DNA of 64,000 nt from positions 111,771 to 175,770 of the forward strand of contig OZ244039.1 of assembly GCA_965215225.1 (NCBI GenBank), in the 5' to 3' direction. Each line of letters opens with the position of its first letter. The stretch's first letter is position 1. Below are positions 25,935 to 36,200 of the stretch, one piece after another. This stretch comes from Gammaproteobacteria bacterium. Its GTDB lineage: Bacteria; Pseudomonadota; Gammaproteobacteria; CBDBNL01; JAAOII01. The position numbers and the translations under genes are program-made. Under the pieces are notes generated by a model. It had not been told where the DNA came from. It saw nothing but the letters and a program-made list of their open reading frames with translations, and did not search any database.

Positions 25935-28641
25935 ACACTTAATTCTGGTGGATGGCTCGAGCCATATGTTTCGCGCCTACTATGCCCTTCAACAGCAGGG
26001 TTTCTCTAGCCCCGACGGCAAACCCACTGGTGTTCTTTATGGGGTGCTCAATATGATAAAGGCATTAGGCAAACAATATCCCAAAAGCACTATCATCATA
26101 GTTTTTGATGGCAAGGGCAAAGGAGTCCGCAGCCAATGGTATCCCAAATATAAAGCACAGCGCCCATCTATGCCTGAGGATATGAGAGAACAGCTGCCCC
26201 CTTTGTTTGATGCCATTCGGGCTTTGGGAATTCCCTTAGTCCAACAAGGCGATTGGGAAGCCGATGACCTCATAGGCGTGCTGGTTAAACAAGCACCTTC
26301 GCTATATAAGAAAACCTACATAGCGACTCGCGACAAGGACTTGGCTCAGCTAATCTCCACTAGGGTTTCAATCCTTGCCGATGAAAAGACAAACACTCTA
26401 TGGGGGCCAGCTGAGGTAGAGGAAAAATTTGGGGTGCCACCCAAGCTGATTAACGACTATCTAGCACTTCTAGGTGACACGGTTGACAACATTATCGGAG
26501 TAGAAAAGGTGGGGCCAAAGACAGCCGCTCAGTTGCTCAAAAAATACGGCTCGCTAGAAGAGCTACTTGCCAATCTCAATGAGGTTCCAGGCAAGGTGGG
26601 CGAAAATCTCATGGCAGCTAAGGAACGGCTACCGCTAAACAAGAGGCTCACCACTCTTATCTCTTCCATCTCGCCGCTACCAGACCTTGCTTCATTAAAG
26701 ACAAGACCGCCAGATAATGACAGGCTGCGCGCGCTCTATTTAGAATATGGCTTGCGCAGTTTTCTTAAAGAGATGCCAAGCCATGACAGCCCAACTGAAC
26801 AAGAGTACCATCTCATAACCGAAAAAGAGCAATGGCAAGAGCTAATCAAGCAGCTGCGCAAGAACAAGTCTTTTGTCTTCAATCTGCATAGTGAGAAAAA
26901 GGAAGACCTCAATGCCGCTCCAGTTGGGTTCTCATTTGCTATGTCTGCAGCCAAAGCCTATTATGTGCCGTGCGGTCATTCTTACTTAGATGCCCCTCCC
27001 CAATTAACTATTGAAGAGATCTTGGCTGAGCTAAAACCACTCTTCGTTTCTCACACTATTATTAGTCATGGACTCAAATATAGCTTCCATCTGCTTGCCA
27101 ACCAACTCCAACTGGAGAAGCGAGCAGAAAAACAATCATTGAATCAGCTGCCGAGCCAATGGGAAGATGTTCGTCTGATGTCCTATACTATCAATTCCAC
27201 TGCCAGTAACAATCATTCACTATCCGATCTCAGCCAAACCTATCTCGCTACCATTAAGCAAGACGACCAAGAACTGCTTGGCAAAGGCAAAAAGCAAATA
27301 GGCTTCGCTGACCTAGATCTAGCCAAAGCAAAGGACTATGCTGGCGAAGAAAGTCTGCTCAGCTTTCAGCTATTTGACCGATTGAGCGAAGAGATGAAAA
27401 AGGAAAAAGATTTGATGGCTGTCTATCAGAAAATAGAAAAACCCCTCATGCCAGTGCTGATGCATATGGAACGCACCGGCGCATTGTTGGACTCTAAGCT
27501 ATTACAGCAACAAAGTCGCCAACTGGAAAAAGCTATGAAGCAGATCGCCGAGCAGATCTTCTCTCATAGTAAAACGGAATTCAACATCAACTCCCCAGCT
27601 CAGCTTGGCAAGGTGCTTTATGAGGAGATGGGCTTTACTTCTGGCCGCAAAACAAAGGGTGGTAAGCACTCCACTGCCGAAAGCATTTTGCAAGAACTAG
27701 CTATTGAGCACGAATTTCCTCGTCTGATATTAGACTACCGCAGTGTCAGCAAACTAAAGAATACCTATACCGACCCTCTCCCTCAATTAGTGAATCCGAA
27801 AACCGGCCGCGTCCATACTTCTTTTGATCAAGCGGGGGCTGCCACCGGACGACTAGCTTCCCTCCACCCTAATCTACAAAATATTCCCATTAGAACAGCT
27901 GAGGGTAGGCGGATTCGCCAAGCATTCATCGCTCCAGCCGGTCGGCTACTAGCATCTGCTGATTACTCCCAAATTGAACTGCGCATCATGGCACATCTAT
28001 CCAAGGACAAGACCCTACTTGACGCCTTTCAGCGCAAACAAGACATCCATAGAGTTACCGCAGCTGAGGTGCTTGGCAAAGAACCGAGCCAAGTAACCGA
28101 TGAGGAGCGGCGACAAGCCAAGGCAATCAACTTTGGCCTAATCTATGGTATGTCCGCCTTCGGCCTAGCAAGACAACTGAGAATAGAACAATCAGCCGCC
28201 CAAGAATTCATCAAGATATATTTCAATCGCTATCCGGGAGTTCAAAAGTATATTACCCAGACGCGCAGCCTAGCCCACAAAAAAGGCTGGGCTGAAACGC
28301 TCAGTGGGCGGCGAGTCTATACCCCTGATATTAACAGCACTAACTTTGTTGCCCGCTCGGCAGCCGAGCGAGCTGCTATCAATGCCCCAGTGCAAGGGAC
28401 TGCCGCTGACATCATCAAATTAGCCATGCTGAAAGTATCCGCTGCCCTGGATCATCAACGCGCCAGTTTAATTTTGCAGGTGCATGATGAATTGCTACTG
28501 GAAGTAGATGAAGACTATATCGACCAATGCGAGCAATTGGTGCGCGACTCTATGACTCAGGTCGCGCCACTAAAAGAGAAACTTCAGGTGGATCTGGAGG
28601 TGGATTTCGGCTATGGCGCTAATTGGGATGAGGCTCACTGA
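25927..28641 (+). CDS. polA: DNA polymerase I (5'-3' exonuclease, 3'-5' exonuclease-like and polymerase domains).
   Basis: 904 aa. Motif A DYSQIELRIMAHLS, motif B RRQAKAINFGLIYGMSAFGL, motif C LQVHDELLLEV. N-terminal FEN domain. Confidence 0.95.
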   Translation: MNEHLILVDGSSHMFRAYYALQQQGFSSPDGKPTGVLYGVLNMIKALGKQYPKSTIIIVFDGKGKGVRSQWYPKYKAQRPSMPEDMREQLPPLFDAIRALGIPLVQQGDWEADDLIGVLVKQAPSLYKKTYIATRDKDLAQLISTRVSILADEKTNTLWGPAEVEEKFGVPPKLINDYLALLGDTVDNIIGVEKVGPKTAAQLLKKYGSLEELLANLNEVPGKVGENLMAAKERLPLNKRLTTLISSISPLPDLASLKTRPPDNDRLRALYLEYGLRSFLKEMPSHDSPTEQEYHLITEKEQWQELIKQLRKNKSFVFNLHSEKKEDLNAAPVGFSFAMSAAKAYYVPCGHSYLDAPPQLTIEEILAELKPLFVSHTIISHGLKYSFHLLANQLQLEKRAEKQSLNQLPSQWEDVRLMSYTINSTASNNHSLSDLSQTYLATIKQDDQELLGKGKKQIGFADLDLAKAKDYAGEESLLSFQLFDRLSEEMKKEKDLMAVYQKIEKPLMPVLMHMERTGALLDSKLLQQQSRQLEKAMKQIAEQIFSHSKTEFNINSPAQLGKVLYEEMGFTSGRKTKGGKHSTAESILQELAIEHEFPRLILDYRSVSKLKNTYTDPLPQLVNPKTGRVHTSFDQAGAATGRLASLHPNLQNIPIRTAEGRRIRQAFIAPAGRLLASADYSQIELRIMAHLSKDKTLLDAFQRKQDIHRVTAAEVLGKEPSQVTDEERRQAKAINFGLIYGMSAFGLARQLRIEQSAAQEFIKIYFNRYPGVQKYITQTRSLAHKKGWAETLSGRRVYTPDINSTNFVARSAAERAAINAPVQGTAADIIKLAMLKVSAALDHQRASLILQVHDELLLEVDEDYIDQCEQLVRDSMTQVAPLKEKLQVDLEVDFGYGANWDEAH

Positions 28642-29445
28642 TTAGATCTTATGACTAGGCAGTCAGTTTCCATGACTCAAGTTGCGCCACTAAAAGAGAA
28701 ACTTCAGGCGGATCTGGGGGTGGGTTTGGAGGTGGATTTAGGGGCGGATTTGGAGGTGGGTTTGGGGGTGGATTTAGGGGCGGGTCTGGGGGCGGATTTC
28801 GGCTATGGTGCTAATTGGGACGAGGCTCATTGACTAGGTCTTATGACTAAGCGGTCAATTCTCGTGATTCAGGTTGCGCCACTAAAAGAGAAGCCTCAGG
28901 TGGATCTGGAGGTAGATTTAGGGGCGGATTTCGGCTATGGCGCTAATTGGGATGAGGCTCATTGATTAGGTCTTATGACTAGGCAGTCAGTTTCCATGAC
29001 TCAAGTTGCGCCACTAAAAGAGAAACTTCAGGTGGGTTTGGGGGTGAGTCTGGGGGTGAGTCTGGGGGTGGGTTTGGAGGTGGATTTGAGAGCAGATTTC
29101 GGCTATGGCGCTAATTGGGACGAGGCTCATTGATTAGGTCTTATGACTAAGCGGTCAATTCTCGTGATTCAGGTTGCGCCACTAAAAGAGAAACTTCAGG
29201 TGGGTCTGGAGGTGGATTTAGGAGCGGATTTGGAGGTGGATTTCGGCTATGGCGCTAATTGGGACGAGGCTCATTGATTAGGTCTTATGACTAAGCGGTC
29301 AATTCTCGTGATTCAGGTTGCGCCACTAAAAGAGAAACTTCAGGTGGGTTTGGGGGTGAGTCTGGGGGTGGGTTTGGAGGTGGATTTGAGAGCAGATTTC
29401 GGCTATGGCGCTAATTGGGATGAGGCTCATTGACTAGGCCTGATG
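28642..29445 (+). repeat. Six tandem ~130-190 bp copies of the polA-3'-end / mnmA-5'-start junction. Each contains a decoy mnmA-like ATG fused to a polA tail and an internal variable 12-bp (ggtggatttrgg) microsatellite.
   Basis: Each unit reads ...ttaggtcttatgactaggcagtcagtttccatgactcaagttgcgccactaaaagagaaacttcaggtgg(at/gt)ctgg... ggctatggcgctaattgggatgaggctcattga. ORF 28651-28833 is one such unit. Confidence 0.85.
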
Positions 29446-30507
29446 GCTAGGCAGTCAGTTTTCGTTGCCCTTTCGGGTGGAGTAGATTCCGCCTTGACTG
29501 CCTCACTGCTCCAAGAACAAGGCTATGAGGTAGTCGCGGTGTTTATGCGTAACTGGATGGATGACGATGGTCGTCCTGAATGCACTAGCCTAGCAGATTG
29601 GTTGTCCGCGAGGCGAGTTGGCGACCACCTGGGCATAGAAGTCCAACAGGTTAATTTCAGCCAGCTCTACAAGGAGAAGGTCTTTCATCCATTCTTGCGC
29701 GGGCTGGTAAATGGTATCACACCCAATCCAGATGTGCTTTGTAATCACTTTATAAAATTTCAGGCACTTAGACACTATGTTCGCCATCAAGGAGGGCAAC
29801 TACTAGCCACTGGCCATTATGCCCGCCTGGTTTCAACGCCACCAGAGCTGCATCGTGCCTATGATAGCACCAAGTGCCAGACCTATTTCCTTTTTGCAGT
29901 GAACAATTTTGCCAACTGCCTTATGCCCCTTGGCGATCTTAGTAAGTCTCAGGTGCGGGCTATGGCAAAGAAACGGCGCCTGCCTAACTATGCCCGTAAA
30001 GACAGCACTGGGCTATGCTTCATTGGCGAAAGAAACTTTTCTCACTTCATTAGTCGTTATCTTAAAGATGACCCAGGTGAGATAGTGGATAGCCACGGAA
30101 AGGTCCGCGGCCAGCATAGGGGGCTATTTCACTATACCATAGGTCAGCGGCGCGGCCTTGGCATTGGCGGAAAGGCAGATAGCGAACATAGTCCTTGGTA
30201 TGTGATTGACAAAGACAAAAAGCACAACCGCTTAATAGTAGGGCAACAAACCAATGCTCTTTATGCAAATGAGATCCGCATCACCAATCTCCACTGGATT
30301 AATGAGCCACCCAAATTGCCACTCAACTGCCAAGTGCAGATCCGCTATCGCAGCCAATCTTCCCCCTGTATAGTGAGCACTGCCAAAGAAGGCTCCTGCC
30401 GTTTGCAGTTTGCTCAGCCGCAAAAGGCTGCCACTCCAGGCCAAGCAGCCGTTTTCTATCAAGGAGAAAGGTGTCTAGGCGGAGGGTTTATTGCTTCCAA
30501 CATCTAA
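29443..30507 (+). CDS. mnmA: tRNA-specific 2-thiouridylase MnmA.
   Basis: PP-loop VALSGGVDSALTA, catalytic Cys region GLCFIGE. 354 aa. Confidence 0.9.
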   Translation: MARQSVFVALSGGVDSALTASLLQEQGYEVVAVFMRNWMDDDGRPECTSLADWLSARRVGDHLGIEVQQVNFSQLYKEKVFHPFLRGLVNGITPNPDVLCNHFIKFQALRHYVRHQGGQLLATGHYARLVSTPPELHRAYDSTKCQTYFLFAVNNFANCLMPLGDLSKSQVRAMAKKRRLPNYARKDSTGLCFIGERNFSHFISRYLKDDPGEIVDSHGKVRGQHRGLFHYTIGQRRGLGIGGKADSEHSPWYVIDKDKKHNRLIVGQQTNALYANEIRITNLHWINEPPKLPLNCQVQIRYRSQSSPCIVSTAKEGSCRLQFAQPQKAATPGQAAVFYQGERCLGGGFIASNI

Positions 30508-30779
30508 ATCTAAAAGCACACTGCTGCTTTTTTATTTCGGTTTGGGATTGGTTTACCGCTGCTAGTATTTAGGTTTGTCGCTTCCAACGTCTAAATCTAA
30601 AAGCACACCGCTGCTTTATTTCGGTTTGGGATTGGTTTACCGCTGCTAGTATTTAGGTTTGTCGCTTCCAGTATTGAGGCTTATTGCTTCTAGTATCTAG
30701 GTCTATTGCTTCCAGTATGTTCCAGTATATTAAAGCATCTAAATCTGAAGCATAGACCCTGCTAAGAAGTTCTAGTGAA

Positions 30780-31772
30780 TTACTTGTTATTAGCCTGCCC
30801 CATTAGCCAGCGTTTTGTGCTAAGGCAAATGTCATACAGACCAAAAAATGCAAGAATGGGATAAATAAAAAGGATTAACAAGGCACGTCTAATAAATATT
30901 GTCCTACCTCTCAAAAGTTGAGCTAAAAGGATTATTCTTCGTCTATAAGACTTGAGAGCACCTATGACCGAAAACCTCATACTATCCACACGTCTTGAAC
31001 GAGCAATATTCTCATCATAAAGAGGATTTAAAACGCTCGCCTTCCCAGCCTCTTCAAAATCATACCCCAATACTTCCAAATCATCCGCATAGATTTCTTC
31101 TATCAACCGTCTTGTTGGCTTGTCATAATAGTCACTATAATGTCTAGACCCACTTCCTACTCTTCGGCTTAAGGAAACATTACGCTTGGTGAGATTATGA
31201 TTGGGCACACCTAATATATCCAACAAGTAGCTAAAATCCCTCTCTAGGTTTTCATATCTCCCAATGAAAGAACAAGGGGTGCTGGTATATCGCTTGAAAC
31301 CCGAATAGTAGATGGGATTATAGTCCAATACCATAGCCTTTTGGCTCATCAAATGAAGCCTTTCATATCCAAGATCACAAAGAGGCACCCTATGAGGCCC
31401 CATCTCTTTATCTAACCGGATGGAAGCAAGTGAAGAATTAATCAATAGATCCTTAGTAAGCTCCGCATACTCCCTTAGACTATGATTGCACATAGGATTG
31501 TCTTTATATATTTCTCTATTAGGGTCAAATCGATGCAACCAAGAAGAAACAAATCTATCAAATGGGTTGCGAACAAAAGCAAAAGTGAAATAAGTAGGGA
31601 ACATATTAATATAGGGCGGACGTCTATCACCTACATAGGAGGGGCCTAAATAGGCTGATACAGTATGCCATCTCAAAAAACCCTGAAAATAGCTTGCTAT
31701 GCTACTGCTGGCAACCTTAGGAACACGAATATATATACATCTATATTTATAAGATATCAAAAGATACGTCAT
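30780..31772 (-). CDS. Carbohydrate sulfotransferase-like protein (Sulfotransfer_2 / eukaryotic CHST-type) with a C-terminal hydrophobic tail anchor. Paralogue 1 of 5.
   Basis: 5'-PSB-like CIYIRVPKVASSSI (compare CHST YCYVPKVACTNWK) and 3'-PB FVRNPFDRFVSSWLHRF (compare VRDPLERLVSAYRNKF). C-terminal LILFIYPILAFFGLYDICL. Confidence 0.6.
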   Translation of the reverse strand: MTYLLISYKYRCIYIRVPKVASSSIASYFQGFLRWHTVSAYLGPSYVGDRRPPYINMFPTYFTFAFVRNPFDRFVSSWLHRFDPNREIYKDNPMCNHSLREYAELTKDLLINSSLASIRLDKEMGPHRVPLCDLGYERLHLMSQKAMVLDYNPIYYSGFKRYTSTPCSFIGRYENLERDFSYLLDILGVPNHNLTKRNVSLSRRVGSGSRHYSDYYDKPTRRLIEEIYADDLEVLGYDFEEAGKASVLNPLYDENIARSRRVDSMRFSVIGALKSYRRRIILLAQLLRGRTIFIRRALLILFIYPILAFFGLYDICLSTKRWLMGQANNK

Positions 31773-31810
31773 GAATTTAAATCGTGAATTTGCATCATAA
31801 GTTCAACCTG

Positions 31811-31925
31811 ACGGGATTATATAATCCCATTCAAAATAATCAACAAAGAGGTTTCAAAATGTGTAAAAAGCATTATACCCACCTTTCAGTGAAAGAAAGA
31901 TATATGATAGAAGAAATGAGAAAAG
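31811..31925 (+). mobile_element. IS30-family left-end remnant (IRL palindrome gggattatataatccc plus start of the transposase gene).
   Basis: Sequence similarity to 3085-3200 of the intact copy. Confidence 0.55.
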
Positions 31926-32067
31926 ACACTCTATAAGGCCCCGTCTTTTTATCTGAAGGAAAGGAAATGGATGACTGTTAGAGTCCAATATGCAATGGAA
32001 AATTCCTCTCATCGATTAGATGCTAATATTTGAAATTGTCTAATTTTATTGTGGGCTCCCCTTTCAA

Positions 32068-33384
32068 CTATGAGTCTTGAGCAATTTCCAGTTCGGTCAC
32101 TACCCCCGTTTCAATTGCCTTATCAATAACCCGTTTGTCCTCAATAAGAAACGCCGGATCCACCGAACTTAGTGGCTGTATCATTTTCATAAATTTAGAA
32201 TGTCTATTTTTTCCACGATTCCAACCAGTATATAGATCACGAAAATGGCAGAAAAATGGATCTCCCCTTTTTTCATCAACAAGCCGCCATTTATCTTTCT
32301 CTGCTCTGTTTCGCAAAAGCTTAAAAACCACATCCCACTTTTTAGAGATAGCAGCTCTCTTTATCTGCATCAGCAACGATAGAATATTTTGTGGTCTTGT
32401 TAGTACACAATAATGATTTGTCATTTGCTGAACCTTATTAGGTTGGCAAATATATTTAGGGTTGTGCTTAAAATCCCAATGTTTTAACTGGTATCTAATT
32501 CGGTGATGGTAAAAACGTGCTTGCTTCTTAGCCGACACTTGACCAGGTGGGAAGAGGTAATGAGCAAAAGGAATATATGGTCTTATAAGGTTCTCAGGTA
32601 GTTGCAAATATTCTTTTAGCTGCGCAGGACTATCAAAATACAGAAATTCGTCAATATCTAAATTGATACACCATGAGGTTTGCATACCAAAGAAGAGATG
32701 AAAATGATTGAATGCACCTGCGTTGGCATATTTGTATCGCCAGAGCATATCAGGGATAGGGCCAAATTTATAAGGCCAATGGACTAAGATAATCTCCACT
32801 TCTTCATCTATCTCAGCAAGTTCCTTATCTAGTGTTGGCCAATAACTACTGCCATTATCATAAAGCACTATTCTTTGAACCCCATGCACCCTTATATGCC
32901 AACGGCACCAATCCTTTATCCAGATAAGCAGATTATCTTTTTGTAAACCAACCAAACACAAATCCTTTTGGGTCAGAGAAATATTCTTGTGGCAATCGCA
33001 AGAAATCTCGATACTGAACTCCTTAAATACAAATTCCAAATCTAACTGAGATACTCGCGTCCATCGAGAAGGAAGTTTTATATCTATTACTTCTGGCCCC
33101 TTCCATCTATCATACCCTACTAGTTTAAAGCTAAGACTCTTGCCTTTATACTTGATAGCTAAGGGTGCACCTATGCTATAAAAAGGCGGGCCTATACAGA
33201 CCAACCGATTAGATTGAACAAACACATCATAGAACAAAGTTTTACTATCATAATTGGCTTGCTGCTGCCTAGGGAGCAAGTGAGGCATTAATTTTTGTTG
33301 TTCCAATGGAACAGCTCTCTCTATGTCATCAGGTAGAAATACTGCTTGAGGATAGTAGGTTCTGATTGCCGGCTTCTTCTTCAT
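32068..33384 (-). CDS. GT-A fold glycosyltransferase, GT92/DUF23-like. Paralogue A.
   Basis: Core ...HGVQRIVLYDNGSS...ILVHWPY...KYANAGAFNHFHLFFGMQTSWCINLDIDEFLYF with a DxDEF motif typical of GT92 (Glyco_transf_92). 438 aa, ~70% identical to 33423-34754. Confidence 0.5.
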   Translation of the reverse strand: MKKKPAIRTYYPQAVFLPDDIERAVPLEQQKLMPHLLPRQQQANYDSKTLFYDVFVQSNRLVCIGPPFYSIGAPLAIKYKGKSLSFKLVGYDRWKGPEVIDIKLPSRWTRVSQLDLEFVFKEFSIEISCDCHKNISLTQKDLCLVGLQKDNLLIWIKDWCRWHIRVHGVQRIVLYDNGSSYWPTLDKELAEIDEEVEIILVHWPYKFGPIPDMLWRYKYANAGAFNHFHLFFGMQTSWCINLDIDEFLYFDSPAQLKEYLQLPENLIRPYIPFAHYLFPPGQVSAKKQARFYHHRIRYQLKHWDFKHNPKYICQPNKVQQMTNHYCVLTRPQNILSLLMQIKRAAISKKWDVVFKLLRNRAEKDKWRLVDEKRGDPFFCHFRDLYTGWNRGKNRHSKFMKMIQPLSSVDPAFLIEDKRVIDKAIETGVVTELEIAQDS

Positions 33385-33422
33385 ATGTCTTGATATTATT
33401 AATGATTATAGCTCCTTTTCAA

Positions 33423-34754
33423 CTATGACTCTTGAGAAATTTCTAGTTCAGTCACCACCCCTGTTTCAACTGCCTTATCAATAACCCGTTTGTCCTCAAT
33501 AAGAAATGCCGGATCCACCGAGCTTAGAGGCTGTATCGTTTTTATAAAAGTAAAATTTTTATTTTTCCCCTCAGTCCAAGCCTCATTCCAACCTTCATGC
33601 CAACCAGTATATAGATCACGAAAATGGCAGAAAAAGGGTTTCTCCCTTTCATCAATCCTTTGCTGTTGTAATCTCCTCTTTATTTTTAGCAAAAGATATA
33701 AAATAATATTCCACTTTTCAGAGATATTATCTCTCTTTATCAGCAACAATAGAATATCTCGTACACTGTTTTGCATACAGCCATGAACTTTCATTTGCTT
33801 AATCTTATCAGGTTGGCAAATATATTTAAGGTTGTACTTCACATTCCAATATTCTGACTTGTATCTAATTCGGTGATAATAAAAACGCGCTTGCTTCTTA
33901 GCTGGGGCTTGACCAGGTGGGAAAAGGTAATGAGCTAAAGAAATATATGGTCTCATAAAATTTTTAGGCAGCTCCAAATATTTCTTTAACGGCATAGGAC
34001 TATCAAAATAAAGAAACTCATCAATATCTAAATTGATACACCATGAGGTTTGAGCACCAAAGAAGAGACGGAAATGGTTGAGCATACCGATTCTGGTATA
34101 TTTATATTTAGGGAACGTACCAGGGAAAGGGCCATATCTATAAGGCCAATGAACCAAGATAATCTCCACTTCCTCATCTATTTCAACAAGTTCCTTATCT
34201 AGAGTTGGCCAATAACTACTGCCATTATCATAAAGCACTATCCTTTGAACCCCATGCACCCTTATATGCCAACGGCACCAATCCTTTATCCAGATAAGCG
34301 AATTATCTTTTTGTAAATTAACTAAACACAAATCCCTTTGGGCCAGAGAAATGTTCTTATGGTAATGGTAAGAAACCTCAATAGTGAATTCCTCAAATAC
34401 AAATTCCAGATCTAACTGAGATGCTTGCGTCCTTCGAAAAGGGATTTTTATATCTATTACTTCCGGCCCTCTCCATTGATCTCCTCTTATCAACTTAAAT
34501 CTAAGATCCTTACCTCTATGCTTGATAGCTAAGGGTGCACCTATGCTATAAAAAGGCGGGCCTATACAGATCAACCGATTAGATTGAACAAACAGATCAT
34601 AAAACAAGGTTTTACTATCATAATAGGCTTGTTGTTGCTTAGGGAGCAAAAGGCCTATTAATTCTTGTTGTTCCAATGGAACAACTCTTTCTATACCATC
34701 AGGTAAAAATACTGCTTGAGGATAGTAGGTCCTGATTGTGGGTTTCTTTTTCAC
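33423..34754 (-). CDS. GT-A fold glycosyltransferase, GT92/DUF23-like. Paralogue B.
   Basis: Same motifs (INLDIDEFLYF). 443 aa. Tandem paralogue of 32068-33384. Confidence 0.5.
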   Translation of the reverse strand: MKKKPTIRTYYPQAVFLPDGIERVVPLEQQELIGLLLPKQQQAYYDSKTLFYDLFVQSNRLICIGPPFYSIGAPLAIKHRGKDLRFKLIRGDQWRGPEVIDIKIPFRRTQASQLDLEFVFEEFTIEVSYHYHKNISLAQRDLCLVNLQKDNSLIWIKDWCRWHIRVHGVQRIVLYDNGSSYWPTLDKELVEIDEEVEIILVHWPYRYGPFPGTFPKYKYTRIGMLNHFRLFFGAQTSWCINLDIDEFLYFDSPMPLKKYLELPKNFMRPYISLAHYLFPPGQAPAKKQARFYYHRIRYKSEYWNVKYNLKYICQPDKIKQMKVHGCMQNSVRDILLLLIKRDNISEKWNIILYLLLKIKRRLQQQRIDEREKPFFCHFRDLYTGWHEGWNEAWTEGKNKNFTFIKTIQPLSSVDPAFLIEDKRVIDKAVETGVVTELEISQES

Positions 34755-34785
34755 GAAAGTTTTGAATAATTAAAGCGATATCTTA

Positions 34786-35105
34786 TTAGTTCTTTTTTCT
34801 TACTCCAAGATACGAAAACAGCTTTTTAAGTTCTCTTTTGCTAAAATAATAGAATTCTTGCCCTAAGATTTTAATAAGCGCGTACCGGCTAAGTTTTCTA
34901 TTGGCAAGGCGATTAGTAGCATGATAGAAATATATCCCTTCCTTTATTAAGTAATAGGGATAGAGTGTAATTAATACTACTTCTCGCATTATCTTATAGT
35001 AGTGCCATTTTATATTAGTCTTAGGGGGTCTAGTGTAGTCTAAGTAACGAGATGGTATCTTTCTTTCTATGGCTTTAATCATGGATTTATTTAGTTGAAT
35101 AGTAA
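34786..35105 (-). pseudogene. Detached C-terminal domain of the IS30-disrupted DXD glycosyltransferase-like gene (see 36201-37056).
   Basis: ORF 34786-35118 (...IQLNKSMIKAIERKIPSRYLDY...LITLYPYYLIKEGIYFYHATNRLANRKLSR...) aligns with the C-terminal 100 aa of the intact paralogue 39661-40830 (IPLNKYVIRAIGKNILFLYLY...LIILYPYYLINEGIYFYHAANRLTNRKLSR). Its first codons (MGICL) come from the IS end. Confidence 0.75.
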
Positions 35106-36200
35106 GGCAGATTCCCATCTAGAATGCAACACTTGTTTCTAAATTATAGTTTATCCCGCTAAGTTGTTGGAACACTTCGGCGGGGGTTTTGAAGCCGAGG
35201 CACTTTCGTGGTCGGTTGTTCAATCGGGTCATGATTTTTATTATCATTTCTTTGGGTAGATTTCGCAAGGACATTCCTTTCGGCAGATACTCGCGGATGA
35301 GTTTATTGATACTTTCATTGGTACCTCTTTCCCAGCTGCGATAAGGCGTGGCGAAGTAGGTATCGCAGTTGAGTTTTTCGGCTATCTTCTGGTGGTCGCT
35401 GAACTCCCGCCCATTATCGAAAGTGATGGTATGGACCCAGTCGGCGATGGGTTGGAGCATGGCGGAGATAGCTTTTTCGATTGAGACCTTGTCTTTGTGT
35501 TGCACCTGGGCCATCAAGGTAAAACGGGAAGCTCGATCCACTATGGTCACTAAGAACCCTTTATGGTTGGCACCATGCATGGTATCGGCTTCCCAGTCGC
35601 CTAATCGCGTGCGTTGTTCCACTATGGCGGGGCGCTTTTCGATGCCGACCCGTCCTGGAATACACTGTTTATAGGCTTTTCGTCTATGATCATGACCGTG
35701 ATGGCGTCCTTTATTGCGAAGCAAAATATGCAGGTCACCGCTTGCTTTGCGATCCTTTGCGATCCACCGATACAGCGTATTTTTAGAAGGAGCGGGCTTC
35801 CCTATAAGACGCCAGCGCTCTACAATCTGCTCTGGACTCCATTGGATTTCTAATAAAGAGCGCACTTCTTCCTTCATCCGTTCCGTTAGAACCTCGTAGT
35901 AAGAACGTTCTAACTGTCGGGCTTGGCTTTTTTGATGCGCTTGTAAAGACGGCCGCCGCGCTTCCCGCGATTGCGCTGGATCTCTCGGCTAATAGTAGAA
36001 GGACAACGATCTAAGCGCCGAGCTATAAAGCGTATGCTCTTTCCTTCTCGCCTCATTTTTTCTATCATATATCTTTCTTTCTTTGAAAGGGGGGTATAAT
36101 GCTTTTTATACATTGTGACACCTCGTAATAATTTTTCTTGGATGGGATTATATAATCCCATCCAAGAAAAGAGGTGTTGCACTGATGGTGGGAATTTGCC
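35106..36200 (-). mobile_element. Second IS30-family copy (1095 bp, ~98% identical to copy 1) flanked by a 3-bp TSD 'taa' at 35103-35105 and 36201-36203. Its transposase gene carries a frameshift and is split into ORFs 35119-35877 and 35910-36209.
   Basis: Direct comparison with 3062-4157. Copy 1 gcggctatcgtcatttacaagc reads gcggcggccgtctttacaagc in copy 2 (1-bp loss), changing ...GKRGYRHLQAHQ... to ...GKRGGRLYKRIKKAKPDS*. Confidence 0.85.

Noticed and set aside
28651-28833. 60-aa ORF called as an independent gene.
   Set aside because: It is one unit of the polA-tail/mnmA-start junction repeat (a decoy fusion). It is reported as part of the repeat finding, not as a bona fide gene.
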